Shown piece by piece: positions 27,717 to 38,127 of a stretch of DNA of 64,000 nt. The translations under genes were made by a program, and so were the position numbers. Numbering within the stretch: the stretch's first letter is position 1; each line of letters opens with the position of its first letter. This stretch comes from Terriglobia bacterium (GTDB lineage Bacteria; Acidobacteriota; Terriglobia; JAJPHL01; JAPKYU01): the NCBI GenBank assembly GCA_965223005.1, contig CBDCVK010000010.1, forward strand, positions 420,820 to 484,819, given 5' to 3'. The notes beneath the pieces are model-generated. The model was not told where the DNA came from. It saw only the letters and a program-made list of their open reading frames with translations, and searched no databases.

Positions 27717-28376
27717 CTACTTCTGCTCGCGGAGGACTTCGACCTTGGCCGCAGGCACCGTCAGCTTCATCAAACGCCCGCCCTCGTCCGCCCAGATCTG
27801 GATTTCAACCTGGCCGGTTTTCACCACAAGCTTGCGGAGCGACTGGTCATTTCCCTCATGCTGGACTCTGACCATGCCCGGGGCCGTTTCCTGCCGCACC
27901 AGCACGTCCATATGCTGGGTGCCACCCTTGATGAAATCGTACTGGCGGACTAGGAAGGTATAGTGGTGGAAGAAATTCGTGTCCAGGATCACCACGTTCT
28001 TAGGCAGGAAATAATCCATGCGCTGCGAGCCGCCTTCGGTCGTCCTGTATTGGGCGGTGGTCTTCTCCGGACCGAAGGCGAGGACGGCGGAGCCGCGCTT
28101 GGGCGATTTCTGGACACGCTTGTAGCTGATCGGCTCGATGCCGTTGCGCAGCACCAGAGTCGCGGTCTCCTTCATGCGCCCGACTCCTTCCGAGCTAATC
28201 TGCAGCTCGGCGGTTGCCCGTACGCCTTTGGCCGTGGAGGCGATCTCGAAGCGTTCGACGCCGATCTCCTTCCCGTCAGAATAGATGCGGAACACCCCGC
28301 GGTCGCTCAGGGCTTGCTTCCCGAACAGCGGCCCCACCAGGCACAGCAGCAGGATCAATAGGAACTGTCGAGGCAT
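27717..28376 (-). CDS. secreted hypothetical protein
   Basis: Signal peptide MPRQFLLILLLCLVGPLFG at the chosen start. The track ORF to 28655 is an over-extension. Confidence 0.5.
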   Translation of the reverse strand: MPRQFLLILLLCLVGPLFGKQALSDRGVFRIYSDGKEIGVERFEIASTAKGVRATAELQISSEGVGRMKETATLVLRNGIEPISYKRVQKSPKRGSAVLAFGPEKTTAQYRTTEGGSQRMDYFLPKNVVILDTNFFHHYTFLVRQYDFIKGGTQHMDVLVRQETAPGMVRVQHEGNDQSLRKLVVKTGQVEIQIWADEGGRLMKLTVPAAKVEVLREQK

Positions 28377-28423
28377 AAGAAATCCATAACCTGCATTGCA
28401 GCCACGCCCCTGGAAAGTGAACC

Positions 28424-28945
28424 TCATGCTCGTCTCCGTGCCGGCTGTGTTGCCAGGCCGTCCAGAATTTCTTTTACCACACTTTCCGTAGCGCCCGTAG
28501 CCTCCACACGCAGGCGGGCCCGTGCATAGAATGGAATGCGCTCGCGATAGAGCGCCCGGAAGCGCTCCGGATCGCGGGCCAGAGGGCGATCGGTCCGGTG
28601 GCGTCGGCAACGTTCCAGCAGGAGTTCCGGCGGCCCGTCCAGCCAGACGGTGCACCCGCCCGACTCTTCCACCAGTTCCACGTTTCGCGGCTGGGCAAAC
28701 GCCCCGCCGCCAAGGGCCACCACTGCCGACGCTTCTGCTACCTCCGAGAGCAGCCGCTCTAGTTGTTGATGTTCCAACTCGCGAAAGGCGGCTTCCCCCT
28801 GCCGGTCAAAGATTTCGGGAATCGAGCAACCGGTAGCCGCTTCAATGCGGTCATCCAGATCCAGAAAGGGGCAATCCAGGCGCCGGGCCAGCGCCTGGCC
28901 CACCACGCTCTTGCCACTTCCCATGAAGCCGATTAGAAAAACCAC
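28424..28945 (-). CDS. aroK: shikimate kinase
   Basis: VVFLIGFMGSGKS (P-loop); DLDDRIE and GE..FRE motifs. Start set at GTG (V20) because the 20 upstream codons are encoded by a dispersed repeat element. Confidence 0.65.
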   Translation of the reverse strand: MVFLIGFMGSGKSVVGQALARRLDCPFLDLDDRIEAATGCSIPEIFDRQGEAAFRELEHQQLERLLSEVAEASAVVALGGGAFAQPRNVELVEESGGCTVWLDGPPELLLERCRRHRTDRPLARDPERFRALYRERIPFYARARLRVEATGATESVVKEILDGLATQPARRRA

Positions 28946-28947
28946 TG

Positions 28948-29030
28948 AGTCCAAGACCCAAAGTCTAAGGTCCAACGTCCAACGCCACGTTCTTCGGCAC
29001 AAGCCCTGGACCTTGGACTATTTCAGGACC
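28948..29030. repeat. TTGGAC/GTCCAA-rich imperfect inverted repeat (dispersed element copy)
   Basis: GAGTCCAAGACCCAAAGTCTAAGGTCCAACGTCCAACG ... CCCTGGACCTTGGACTATTTCAGGACC. The arms are mutually complementary. Sits between aroK and the beta-propeller gene. Confidence 0.55.
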
Positions 29031-31375
29031 GCCTTCCCCATGCCCGCATTGTTTCCAAGATCATAGGCCCGTAGCACCACCAGGTGTTCCCCGGGGTTGA
29101 GGTTCTCTACCCGGAGAACAAAATCTTCCAGGCGCGAGTCCACAATCCCGTCCTGGGAATAGACCGGCAGCCAGGGGCCGGCGTCCACTGAGTATTCCGC
29201 ACGTTGCAAGACCGAGGCGGCGTCCGTCACCCGGAATTGCACCTCCGCTGCACTCCCTTTCCGTTGCTTCGTCAGGAGCCGGACCTGAGGCGGCGTGTTG
29301 TCAATCAAAAACGGCGCGCTCCGCTCCTCTGCGCTGCGGGCGGTCTGGGGCGGATTGCCCTGAGCATCGGAAGCGACCAGGCGAACCTGGTACTTGCCGT
29401 CCGGCAGGCTTTCCGGCTCCGGCTGGAAGCGGAACCTGTACAGGTTCTTTTTCAGCAGCTTCCATTGGGTTTCGCCCTCGCCCCGGATGTAGAGGTTGAA
29501 GCTCATCCGGTCGCCGTCCGGGTCTTCAGCCTGCCAGGCGATTGTGATGTTGGGTTGGGGGGCCCTACTCTGAGCCGGACCGGGTTTGGGCGTGGACACC
29601 TGAGGTGCTCCGCGTTTCTGCGAAGCGGTGACGGTGTCCCGTACGACCACCACCATGGGCTCGGTGCTCGCACGCGCAGCAGCGGGCGCGGCGAGCGAAG
29701 CAGCCTGGGGCACCGACGCGGGTAGCATGGCCCGAGCCACCTTGACGGAGCGGATGATCGGCGCCCGGTTTTGCGGAAGGTAGGCTACGGAAACTTCTTC
29801 CAGGCTGGGCGAGCGTCCCTCGGCAGAGCGGAGCACCACCTTCCACTGCAGATATCGGGCAGGCGGACTCTTCACCTGTTGGTCGAACAGGTCCTCCCGG
29901 CCACCCACGGCACCAGGGTCGGAGGTCTGCGTCCACTCACTCCAGGTGTGGTCTGGGGTGGAAGAATTACCGCTGCGGGTGAGGAACTCGACACGCGTGC
30001 CGGCCGGCACCCCGGCGCGCCAACTGAGCTTCCCCCAGCGGGAAATCCGGCCGGTGTCTTGCACCGGCGACTCGTAGGAACCGTGCTTGTCGGGTGTGGT
30101 GCCCAGGCGGAACAGTTTGCCGAAATTGCTGGTGGCAACCAGCACGTCGGAGCCTCGGCGAAGCAGGCGCGTCGTCTGCTCTTCCTCGGTTTCCACCAGC
30201 AGTGTGGTTTGCTTCTCGGCGTTCAATTGGTAAACACGGCCCCGCTCGTCAGTGGAGAACAACAGGCCTTCGGCGGCCGGCAGGATGCCATAGACGCTCT
30301 CTCGCTCGGATCTCCACATCTCCTCCACACTGCCATCGGGGGCGACCCGGTAGATAGCGCTGCGAGTCACGCCGGGGAAATGCACCCTCGGAGTGGCGAA
30401 GGTCGCAGCGGCGCTGGCCGCCTGCTGGGCCGCCCTCTCCGCCGCCTTGCGAGCCTCCTGCAACTTCTCCTTCTCCACTTGGCCCTCCGGGCCTGGGGAG
30501 GGAACAGCCTTTGCGCTGATGGTGACTGAGACCGCTGCGCTCTGGCCGCCGGAAACCACCGCGCCACCAGTGCTGCCCAGACGGCGCTGCCCCCGGGCCA
30601 TCGCCGCCGCCAGCACGCTGCCGTCCGGCCCGACGACCACGTTGTGGATTTCCTCCAGGGGCGCATCATAGAGCACAAACGCTTTTCCCGCAGGCGAGAT
30701 GCGGTAGAGCAGCCCGTTGGGCTCGCTGCCGGCTACCAGCGCCTGTTCCAGCCCCAGCGCCAGCGACATGACGTGGGTCTGCTGAGTGTCGAAGAAAAGC
30801 GACCCGGTGCCGTCGGGCGAGACGCGGTAAATGCGGCCGCGGTCGCCGGTGCCGACGTAAAGCGTGCCTTCGGGGGTCACCACCAACGCCCAGATGTACT
30901 TGGCCTGCGGGTTGAAGAACTCCTGCGCCTTGCCATCCGGCGAGACCTTGTAGACCTTGCCGTCCGGAGACGTACCGACGTAAAGGTTGTTGTCGCGGTC
31001 CACCGCCAGCGCAAACACGTCTGGCTCAGGTGCGTCAAAGAACTCCTGAGCCTTCATCTCCACATCCAGCTTGAACACTTTTCCCGCGTGGCCGGTGCCC
31101 AGGTAAAGGTTGCTGGCGCGGTCTTCGACCACGGCCCAAACCAACGCCTGGCCAGTAGAGAAAACTTCTTCCAGCCGGGGCGCCAGCGACAACTTACCGT
31201 CGCGGCTGAGGGAAACTCCGGTGAAGGTGCCGCGAGCAAACCTGGCGTAGGTCTCCATCTGCCAGAAAGTCGTGCCTGCCGGAAAAGCCGGCCAGGCAAG
31301 TGCCGTCGTCAGCAAGATGGCCACCAGGCAGCGGCGCGTCTGGACTGTCATTGGGGTGGTTGCAAACGCAGGCAT
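29018..31375 (-). CDS. secreted beta-propeller repeat protein with C-terminal Ig/FN3-like region
   Basis: Signal peptide, then repeated LYVGT..DGKVYKVSPDG / LYVGTGDRGRIYRVSPDG blades. 785 aa. Confidence 0.65.
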   Translation of the reverse strand: MPAFATTPMTVQTRRCLVAILLTTALAWPAFPAGTTFWQMETYARFARGTFTGVSLSRDGKLSLAPRLEEVFSTGQALVWAVVEDRASNLYLGTGHAGKVFKLDVEMKAQEFFDAPEPDVFALAVDRDNNLYVGTSPDGKVYKVSPDGKAQEFFNPQAKYIWALVVTPEGTLYVGTGDRGRIYRVSPDGTGSLFFDTQQTHVMSLALGLEQALVAGSEPNGLLYRISPAGKAFVLYDAPLEEIHNVVVGPDGSVLAAAMARGQRRLGSTGGAVVSGGQSAAVSVTISAKAVPSPGPEGQVEKEKLQEARKAAERAAQQAASAAATFATPRVHFPGVTRSAIYRVAPDGSVEEMWRSERESVYGILPAAEGLLFSTDERGRVYQLNAEKQTTLLVETEEEQTTRLLRRGSDVLVATSNFGKLFRLGTTPDKHGSYESPVQDTGRISRWGKLSWRAGVPAGTRVEFLTRSGNSSTPDHTWSEWTQTSDPGAVGGREDLFDQQVKSPPARYLQWKVVLRSAEGRSPSLEEVSVAYLPQNRAPIIRSVKVARAMLPASVPQAASLAAPAAARASTEPMVVVVRDTVTASQKRGAPQVSTPKPGPAQSRAPQPNITIAWQAEDPDGDRMSFNLYIRGEGETQWKLLKKNLYRFRFQPEPESLPDGKYQVRLVASDAQGNPPQTARSAEERSAPFLIDNTPPQVRLLTKQRKGSAAEVQFRVTDAASVLQRAEYSVDAGPWLPVYSQDGIVDSRLEDFVLRVENLNPGEHLVVLRAYDLGNNAGMGKAVLK

Positions 31376-31521
31376 GACCGAAGCATGAATCTCAGGTTGG
31401 AGCCGAACTTGAGTGGCACCTAGGAAACAGCTTACGGTGGATTGGCTTGCTTGTCAAAAGCGGCGCGGATGAAAGCTGGAGAGCTTGCGCCCGTTGGTGA
31501 CGCATCCGGCACGAGTAATAC

Positions 31522-32970
31522 TCACAACCCCAGGTCCTTCCACAGAGCGTCCACGCGGGCCTTCACTTCAGGACTCATCTTCATCTCATCGGGCCAGGGC
31601 CGGGTAAAACCTTCTGTGGGCCACTTGCGCGTGGCATCCACGCCCATCTTGGAGCCGTAGTTGGGCAGCCGGCTGGCGTGATCCAGAGAATCAATGGGGC
31701 CGAAAGTGAACTGGATGTCGCGCTCCGGGTCAATGTGGTTCAGCGCCTTCCAGACCACTTCACGAGGATTCTGCACGTCCACATCATGGTCCACCACCAC
31801 GATGCACTTGGTGAACATGGCCTGCCCCAAGCCCCAGATGGCGCTCATGACCTTGCGCGCGTGGCCCGGATAGGACTTGCGCATGGCCACCAGCATCAGG
31901 TTGTGGAAGATGCCCTCGGCGGGCATGGACATGTCCACGATCTCGGGCAGTTGCAGCCGCATCAGCGGTAGGAAGATGCGCTCGATGGCGTGCCCCATCC
32001 AGAAATCTTCCATGGGAGGCGGGCCAACAATGGTGGTGGGGTAAATGGGTTCTTTGCGGTGGGTGATGCAGGTGATGTGGAACACCGGGTATTGGTCGGC
32101 AAGCGAGTAGAAGCCGGTGTGATCACCGAAAGGCCCTTCGGTGCGCAGCTCATCCAGGCGCACGTAGCCTTCCAGCACGATTTCGCTGTTGGCCGGCACC
32201 TCCAGGTCGACCGTTTCGCAGCGCACCAGCTCCACCGGCTTCTGGCGCAGGAAGCCGGCGAAGAGCAATTCGTCCAGATCCGGCGGCAGCGGCAGCACGC
32301 CGGAGAGCATCACCGCCGGGTCGCTGCCGATGGTTGCCGCCACTTCCATTGTTGAGCCGGCCCGGGCGGCTTGCGCCCGCCGGAAATGCTCCGCGCCGTG
32401 CTTGTGCAGTTGCCAGTGCATGGCGGTGGTGCGCTCGTCAAACACCTGCATGCGGTAGCAGCCGGCGTTGCGCTTGCCCGTTTCCGGGTTGCGGGAGAAC
32501 ACCACGGGGAAGGTAATGAAGCGGCCGGCATCTTGCGGCCAGCATTGGATGACGGGAAAATCCAGCACCGAGAAGTTGTCGCGTTCCACCACCTCCTTGC
32601 AGGGCCCGCTACGCACCGTACGGGGGAAGAAGGCGCCGATCTCCGCCAGCTTCGGCAGCATCTTGATCTTTTCCAGCAGGCCCGCTGGTGACTTGAAGTC
32701 CAGGTACTGGCGGATGCGGTCGGCCACCTGCTCCAGCGAGTCCACCTCCAGCGCCAGGTTCATGCGCCGGGCCGAGCCGAAGGTGTTGATCAGCACCGGG
32801 ATCTGGTAGCCCTTGGGGTTTTCAAACAGCAGGGCCGGCCCGCCTTGCTTGCTGACGCGGTCGGTGATTTCGGCGATCTCCAGCACCGGGTCCACCTCCA
32901 CCTCGATGCGCTTCAGCTCCCCGGCCTGTTCGAGCGCGCGGATGAACGCGCGTAAATTCTCGTATGCCAT
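31522..32970 (-). CDS. UbiD-family (de)carboxylase
   Basis: MAYENLRAFIRALEQAGELKRI...PALLFENPKG N-terminus and overall UbiD architecture (482 aa). No ubiX nearby. Confidence 0.8.
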   Translation of the reverse strand: MAYENLRAFIRALEQAGELKRIEVEVDPVLEIAEITDRVSKQGGPALLFENPKGYQIPVLINTFGSARRMNLALEVDSLEQVADRIRQYLDFKSPAGLLEKIKMLPKLAEIGAFFPRTVRSGPCKEVVERDNFSVLDFPVIQCWPQDAGRFITFPVVFSRNPETGKRNAGCYRMQVFDERTTAMHWQLHKHGAEHFRRAQAARAGSTMEVAATIGSDPAVMLSGVLPLPPDLDELLFAGFLRQKPVELVRCETVDLEVPANSEIVLEGYVRLDELRTEGPFGDHTGFYSLADQYPVFHITCITHRKEPIYPTTIVGPPPMEDFWMGHAIERIFLPLMRLQLPEIVDMSMPAEGIFHNLMLVAMRKSYPGHARKVMSAIWGLGQAMFTKCIVVVDHDVDVQNPREVVWKALNHIDPERDIQFTFGPIDSLDHASRLPNYGSKMGVDATRKWPTEGFTRPWPDEMKMSPEVKARVDALWKDLGL

Positions 32971-33127
32971 ATCTTACTCACGTGGAATGTAGGGCCCCAT
33001 TATAGACGAGAGCGGCGGCTTGTCGTCTATCTGGCTAGGACCCTTTGCGCTAGCCCAAAGGCCTTCAGAAACATCGTAGGGGGCTTCATCCGTTCTGCAG
33101 TAATCTGTCAGTTTCATAGCCACCACG

Positions 33128-35713
33128 GTGTCGGAACTGCAGACGCGAACAGCGATGCAAGGCATGCAGCACCATCCGGAAAAGATGAGTCGAAGACATT
33201 GGGCAGCGTTTGGCGCGCTCATGTTGACGGTTGCGTGTTTCTTTTGGCGCCACCTTTTTACGACTGACGTTCTATTCTACCGGGACATCTCTTACGCTCA
33301 CTACCCGCGGGTCGCGGAGCTGCGTGCAATTGTGCACTCCGGGCTGCCACCTCTGTGGAACCCCTTCGAACACTTCGGGGAATCTGTCATTGCCAACCCG
33401 AACTACCTGTTGTTCTACCCGACCACCTGGTTGGCCTGGGTGCTGCCACCAGCCTACGGTTTCAAGCTCCACTACGTGCTGCACTTCTTCTTGCTGGCGG
33501 CGGGCGCCTTCCTGCTGGCGCGGCGAATCGGGCTGAGGCCCGCCGCCTGCTACGCGGCCGGGGCGGTGTTCGTCTTCAGCGGTCCGGTCATGTCGCTGGG
33601 CAATTTCTACAACATGTTGGCGGCGGCGGCCTGGATGCCCTTGGCTATCCTGGCCGCCGACTACCAGATGCGGCGCGGCGGCTGGCTCGGAGCCGGGCTG
33701 TTTTCCGGCGCCCTCACGATGCAGTTGTTTGCCGGGGAGCCGCTGACCAGCATGGCCACAGTGGCGTTGGCGCTGGGGTGGGTGATGGGGTTCTATGCCG
33801 ATTGGCGTGGCCCGATCCAGTCCATGGTCAATCGGGTCCTGGCCGGCCGCTTCCTGCTGGTCCTGCTGCTAACGGTCGGACTTGCGGCTGTGCAACTGCT
33901 TCCCGCGTTGTGGCATCTGGGTAAAACGGACCGCCCGTCCCTTAGCTTCGAAGCCGGCTTCTTCTGGTCTCTGCACCCACTGAAGCTGCTGGACGTACTA
34001 TTGCCGCGCTTTTGGGGAGACGCGCTTTCCCACTGGCATCTGCCCTGGCTCTACCTGGATGGCCGCGAGCCGCTGCTGTTATCGCTGTTCATCGGAATTC
34101 TCCCAATTGGGCTCGCGCTGGTGGCCGTGCTGGTGGGCCGGGACCATTCTACGCGCCTGTGGCCGACGCGCTTCTGGGGGCTCACCGGTGCGGTGGCGCT
34201 GCTGATCGCGCTCGGGAGCTTCACGCCCTTTTCATACGTGCTCTATTACGTGCTGCCAGTCTTCCAGATCGTTCGGTTTCCGGTCAAGTTGCTGGTGCCG
34301 GTGGCGTTGGCCGTATCCCAACTGGCGGCGATCGGCATCGAGTACCTGGCGGTCGAAAAGCCGGGGGAACGGCAGGCTCGCCGCTTGCTGTGGCTGGGCG
34401 GCGGCGTGGTGGCTCTGGGGGTCGTCTGGCTGCTGCTGGCTGTTTATGCGCGGTTCCTGCCAGACGACGCCGTGCAGGCAGCCCGAAGGCTGGCCGAAAT
34501 CCAGTTTCACCACACCCGCGTGCTCAACCTCCGGCCAGTGCTGGAGATGAATCATGCAGAAACCGTCGAACGCGCTGCGTTGTGGCTCACGTCGGTGATT
34601 GCGCAGCAATTGCCTCATGTATTGCTTCCAGTGCTGCTGATCGCTGCCTTGATCTTCTGCCGCTGGCCAGCATCTTCAGGTGTGAATCCCTGGCTGATAG
34701 CGGGCCGGTTTCGTTCGCTTCTGGTATGGCTCGCCGTCGCGGTCGGGGTCTTACTGTTAATGCTGAACCACCGGACGGTAAATCCCGTCGCTCCTCGGCA
34801 CTTTCTTGACTACCAACCACCCGTTCTGGAAAAGCTGAAGAGTCAAAGCCCGCCGCTGCGCGTCTTTGCGGAACCGCAGCCGGTTGTGCCGAATCTTCCT
34901 TCCCGGTTCCTTCTGCGGAATCCTTTGGATTTTCTGCCTGCCGCCGCCCAGTTGCCCTATACGCTCCGCCAGAGTCTGCAGATCAGCGCGGGAACTCTGG
35001 GCGTAGAAAATAGCTACACCGCAGATGCGGAGATGCTCCTGCCGAAACCACACGCCCTCCTGAACAATCTGATCTATCTGACCCCCCCGCCCAACATGCC
35101 GCTGGCGCGGCTGCTGGCCGCGGGTAGCGTCGAGTACGCCCTGTTACGCCACTGGGAGCCCAAGCCTGACGCCCGCTTCGCCCTGGTGGGAACGTTTCCG
35201 AATGAGACCCGCTTTCCCGTCAATGCCTATCGCGTGATGGACGCGCTGCCGCGCGCCTACCTGATTGCGGCTCACAAAGCCGAGCTGCTGCCAGCGGACG
35301 TGTCAGGCCTGGTCCGCCTGGCCTCGGATGAATTTGATCTCAGTACCCAGGTGATCCTGGAAAGCGACGCAGGAAACGCGCACAAGTCACCGGGGCCAGC
35401 AGCCGGGGAGAAAGGACCTGCCGGCGAAGCCCGCATCTTGCATCGCGACGCGTTGCATGTCGAAGTCCAGGCGGTAGCGTTCGAGCCCGCCTACCTGGTG
35501 CTCACCGACAGCTACAATGAAGAGTGGCAGGTGAGTGTGGACGGCCGACCTGGCCGGATGCTGCGCGCGAATCTGATCTTTCGTGCCGTGCCGCTAACGC
35601 CCGGATCTCACCGGGTGATCTTCCGCTATCGGCCCCGATCACTGTATTGGGGAGTTGCAATCACGCTGGCCACGGCCGCGGCAATCGGGCTGCTCATCTG
35701 GCGGCGGAGGTAG
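33128..35713 (+). CDS. YfhO-family large polytopic membrane protein
   Basis: 861 aa, many TM helices, and a YfhO-like N-terminal conserved region (FYRDISYAHYP...LWNPFEHFG). Confidence 0.65.
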   Translation: MSELQTRTAMQGMQHHPEKMSRRHWAAFGALMLTVACFFWRHLFTTDVLFYRDISYAHYPRVAELRAIVHSGLPPLWNPFEHFGESVIANPNYLLFYPTTWLAWVLPPAYGFKLHYVLHFFLLAAGAFLLARRIGLRPAACYAAGAVFVFSGPVMSLGNFYNMLAAAAWMPLAILAADYQMRRGGWLGAGLFSGALTMQLFAGEPLTSMATVALALGWVMGFYADWRGPIQSMVNRVLAGRFLLVLLLTVGLAAVQLLPALWHLGKTDRPSLSFEAGFFWSLHPLKLLDVLLPRFWGDALSHWHLPWLYLDGREPLLLSLFIGILPIGLALVAVLVGRDHSTRLWPTRFWGLTGAVALLIALGSFTPFSYVLYYVLPVFQIVRFPVKLLVPVALAVSQLAAIGIEYLAVEKPGERQARRLLWLGGGVVALGVVWLLLAVYARFLPDDAVQAARRLAEIQFHHTRVLNLRPVLEMNHAETVERAALWLTSVIAQQLPHVLLPVLLIAALIFCRWPASSGVNPWLIAGRFRSLLVWLAVAVGVLLLMLNHRTVNPVAPRHFLDYQPPVLEKLKSQSPPLRVFAEPQPVVPNLPSRFLLRNPLDFLPAAAQLPYTLRQSLQISAGTLGVENSYTADAEMLLPKPHALLNNLIYLTPPPNMPLARLLAAGSVEYALLRHWEPKPDARFALVGTFPNETRFPVNAYRVMDALPRAYLIAAHKAELLPADVSGLVRLASDEFDLSTQVILESDAGNAHKSPGPAAGEKGPAGEARILHRDALHVEVQAVAFEPAYLVLTDSYNEEWQVSVDGRPGRMLRANLIFRAVPLTPGSHRVIFRYRPRSLYWGVAITLATAAAIGLLIWRRR

Positions 35714-35742
35714 AAAACTTCACTAGGAAATTTCGCTATTCT

Positions 35743-36808
35743 TTACTCTTCTGGTTCTTCTGGCTCTTGGCGGGGTCGCTTTCGGCTGGGTGATCTGGGA
35801 GAGAACGACTCAGGGTTCGCCGCCAGCTTCTCCAGCAGTTCTTGAGGGATGTCGACAGTAATGCGCAATGTGCCCGCCTCCTGTTGCACGTCTAAAGTAT
35901 TCAGAAGTTCGAGCGGTTCGGGGCGGTCGGAGGGAGCGCCCATGCGCATCGTCGCCAGGAAGCCACGCGCAAGGTCGTTCAGGGTGCCGGCATCCTGCTC
36001 GTTGCCGAAGGTGCCCTCGAGGAACAGTCGCAGCCCGGAGGTGACCTTGAGGGCGAAGGTGGTGGCTTCGATTCGCTGCAGCAGCTGAAACACATTGGCC
36101 TGCCCGGGCGGGGGATTACCAGCTGTCTTCAGCAAATCCCCAGTAGCGAGGGCGACGGCCCAAAGCTGGTTCTCAGACCCCAACTCTTGCAACTGCTCAA
36201 CCAATTCACCATTGTTCAGCACGCTGGGGCCGGGTTCCAGCTTCAGGTCCAGCGCCTGCTTCACCGCCGATGTTGTGCCCAGCAGGATCGTCTGGTCGTC
36301 CAGCAGCACTGTCGTCACTGACTCGCTCTTAGAAAGCTCAGGGTCTTCCTTCTCCACCATCCAGATTTCGAAGCCTCGGTAGAGCTCCGGCGCATCAGAC
36401 TTTTGCCGCAGGACCGCAGAAATTTTCGAGCGCTCGTACCGCGCCGTCACAACCACTAGACCCCTTACCGAGTCGGGCATCTCCCCCCCCGGGGAGGCTC
36501 CAGAACGCGCCCGTCACCCCTTTGAAGTCGCGCAACACATCCAAGCCAGTGTCAGCCTTAAAACTGCGGTACCCGGGGTCGTTCATTGCCTCCTCGGCGC
36601 GCGACCGCACAGTAGCAAAGGCAGCCGAGGAGAGCAGCCCGTCCAGGTCCAGGCCAAACAGGACGGTCGCCTCCGCCGGCAGGAGCCCCAGGTTGTTGTT
36701 CAGTTGGAAGGGATCTGCTGAGGCGGGCTGCTGGCTGCCGCGCCCCATCAGGAGACCTGTCACCGCTAGCAAAACAACGAGGATTGCGACAAAGGATTTG
36801 CGACGCAT
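35743..36808 (-). pseudogene. secreted protein gene split by a 1-nt frameshift inside a G8 (coding-strand) homopolymer
   Basis: ORFs 36395..36847 (signal peptide MRRKSFVAILVVLLAVTGLL) and 35743..36480 overlap in different frames. The C8/G8 run lies at 36483-36490; removing one G fuses them into a single roughly 354-aa ORF (SLPGGEMPDSVRG...). Confidence 0.6.
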
Positions 36809-36991
36809 GGAAACCTCACCTTCCCTCAAGTTTCGCCAGCCGCGCAAGCGCGGCTGGGTTGTGTTCCGTACCGTCTGCTAATGATTCCCGAGATTCCGGC
36901 TCCTTATTCAGGTTCCTCTTTCTTTGGACTGAAATCCGCAATGCTGGTGTCTGGGCTGGCAAACGGGCCACAGGGGGTGCCCCCTCGGGGT

Positions 36992-37942
36992 TCAGCGCAA
37001 TGCGGGGGTTGGCTGCTTGACGTTGATCGGCCAGAGCCAGCCGTGACGGTCAGGTTTCCGTCCCTCGATAATGGCGAAAAATTCTTCCTGTAGCGCGCGA
37101 GTGATCGGGCCGCGATTCCCGCTGCCGATCGAAATCTTGTCCACCGAGCGCACTGGGGTAATTTCGACGGCGGTGCCGCTGAAAATGACCTCGTCGGCAA
37201 TGTAGAGAGCCTCGCGCGGAATGACCTGCTCGACTACGGGAATGCCCAAGTCCCGCGCCAGCCGCAGCACGGTGTCCCGGGTGATACCGGGCAGAATTGC
37301 CGATGCCAGCGGAGGCGTGTGCATCGTCCCGTCTTTTACCACGAAGACGTTCTCCCCGCTCCCTTCGCTGATGAATCCGTTCACGTCCAGCGCGATGCCT
37401 TCGGCGTAGCCGTTGGCCATCGCCTCCATCCGGACCAACTGCGAGTTCATGTAGTTGGCGGCAGCTTTGGACATGGCAGGCAGGGTGTTGGGCGCCATCC
37501 GGGCCCAGGAGCTGATGCAAACGTCGGTGCCTTGCTCCAGCGCTTCTTTGCCCAGGTACTTGCCCCATTCCCAGCAGGCCAGAAACACCTCGACCGGGCA
37601 GTTGCCGGGGTACACTCCCATGTCGCCGTACCCGCGCAGCACGATGGGCCGCACGTAGCAGGCCTCCAGGCGGTTGACCCGCACCAGCTCCCGCATCGCT
37701 TCCGTCAGCTGCTCCCGTGAATGGCCGATTTGCATGCGGTAGATCTTGGCAGAGTTGAACAACCGCTCGACGTGCTCCTTCAAGCGGAAGATCGCCGGCC
37801 CGTTGGACGTGGCGTAGCACCGCATCCCCTCGAAGACCGCAGATCCGTAGTTCACCACATGGGACAGCACGTGGATCCGTGCCTCGTCCCAGGGGATGAA
37901 CCGCCCGTCATGCCAGATCTTCTCGCTTTTCTTGACGGCCAT
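36992..37942 (-). CDS. ilvE: branched-chain amino acid aminotransferase
   Basis: [35 protein letters not shown]; PLP fold-type IV motifs. Confidence 0.9.
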   Translation of the reverse strand: MAVKKSEKIWHDGRFIPWDEARIHVLSHVVNYGSAVFEGMRCYATSNGPAIFRLKEHVERLFNSAKIYRMQIGHSREQLTEAMRELVRVNRLEACYVRPIVLRGYGDMGVYPGNCPVEVFLACWEWGKYLGKEALEQGTDVCISSWARMAPNTLPAMSKAAANYMNSQLVRMEAMANGYAEGIALDVNGFISEGSGENVFVVKDGTMHTPPLASAILPGITRDTVLRLARDLGIPVVEQVIPREALYIADEVIFSGTAVEITPVRSVDKISIGSGNRGPITRALQEEFFAIIEGRKPDRHGWLWPINVKQPTPALR

Positions 37943-38127
37943 TCCTGGTTGGGTGTCCCTCTCGCCGAATCAGTATAGCATTGAATCCAATGCTGTCAGG
38001 TAGTCCCAAGGAACCCGTCCGCGGCGGCCAGCACGAACAAGCGCGAAACGCGCTGCCTAGGCAGTGCATCTGTAAGATAGCCCCTGGGAAGCCGTTCGTG
38101 GCAGGATAGAAGCCCAGGAGAAAGATC

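Noticed and set aside
29204-31423. Three plus-strand ORFs (173-259 aa) opposite the beta-propeller gene
   Set aside because: Antisense to a coherent 785-aa repeat protein; Arg/Gly/Ala-rich translations.
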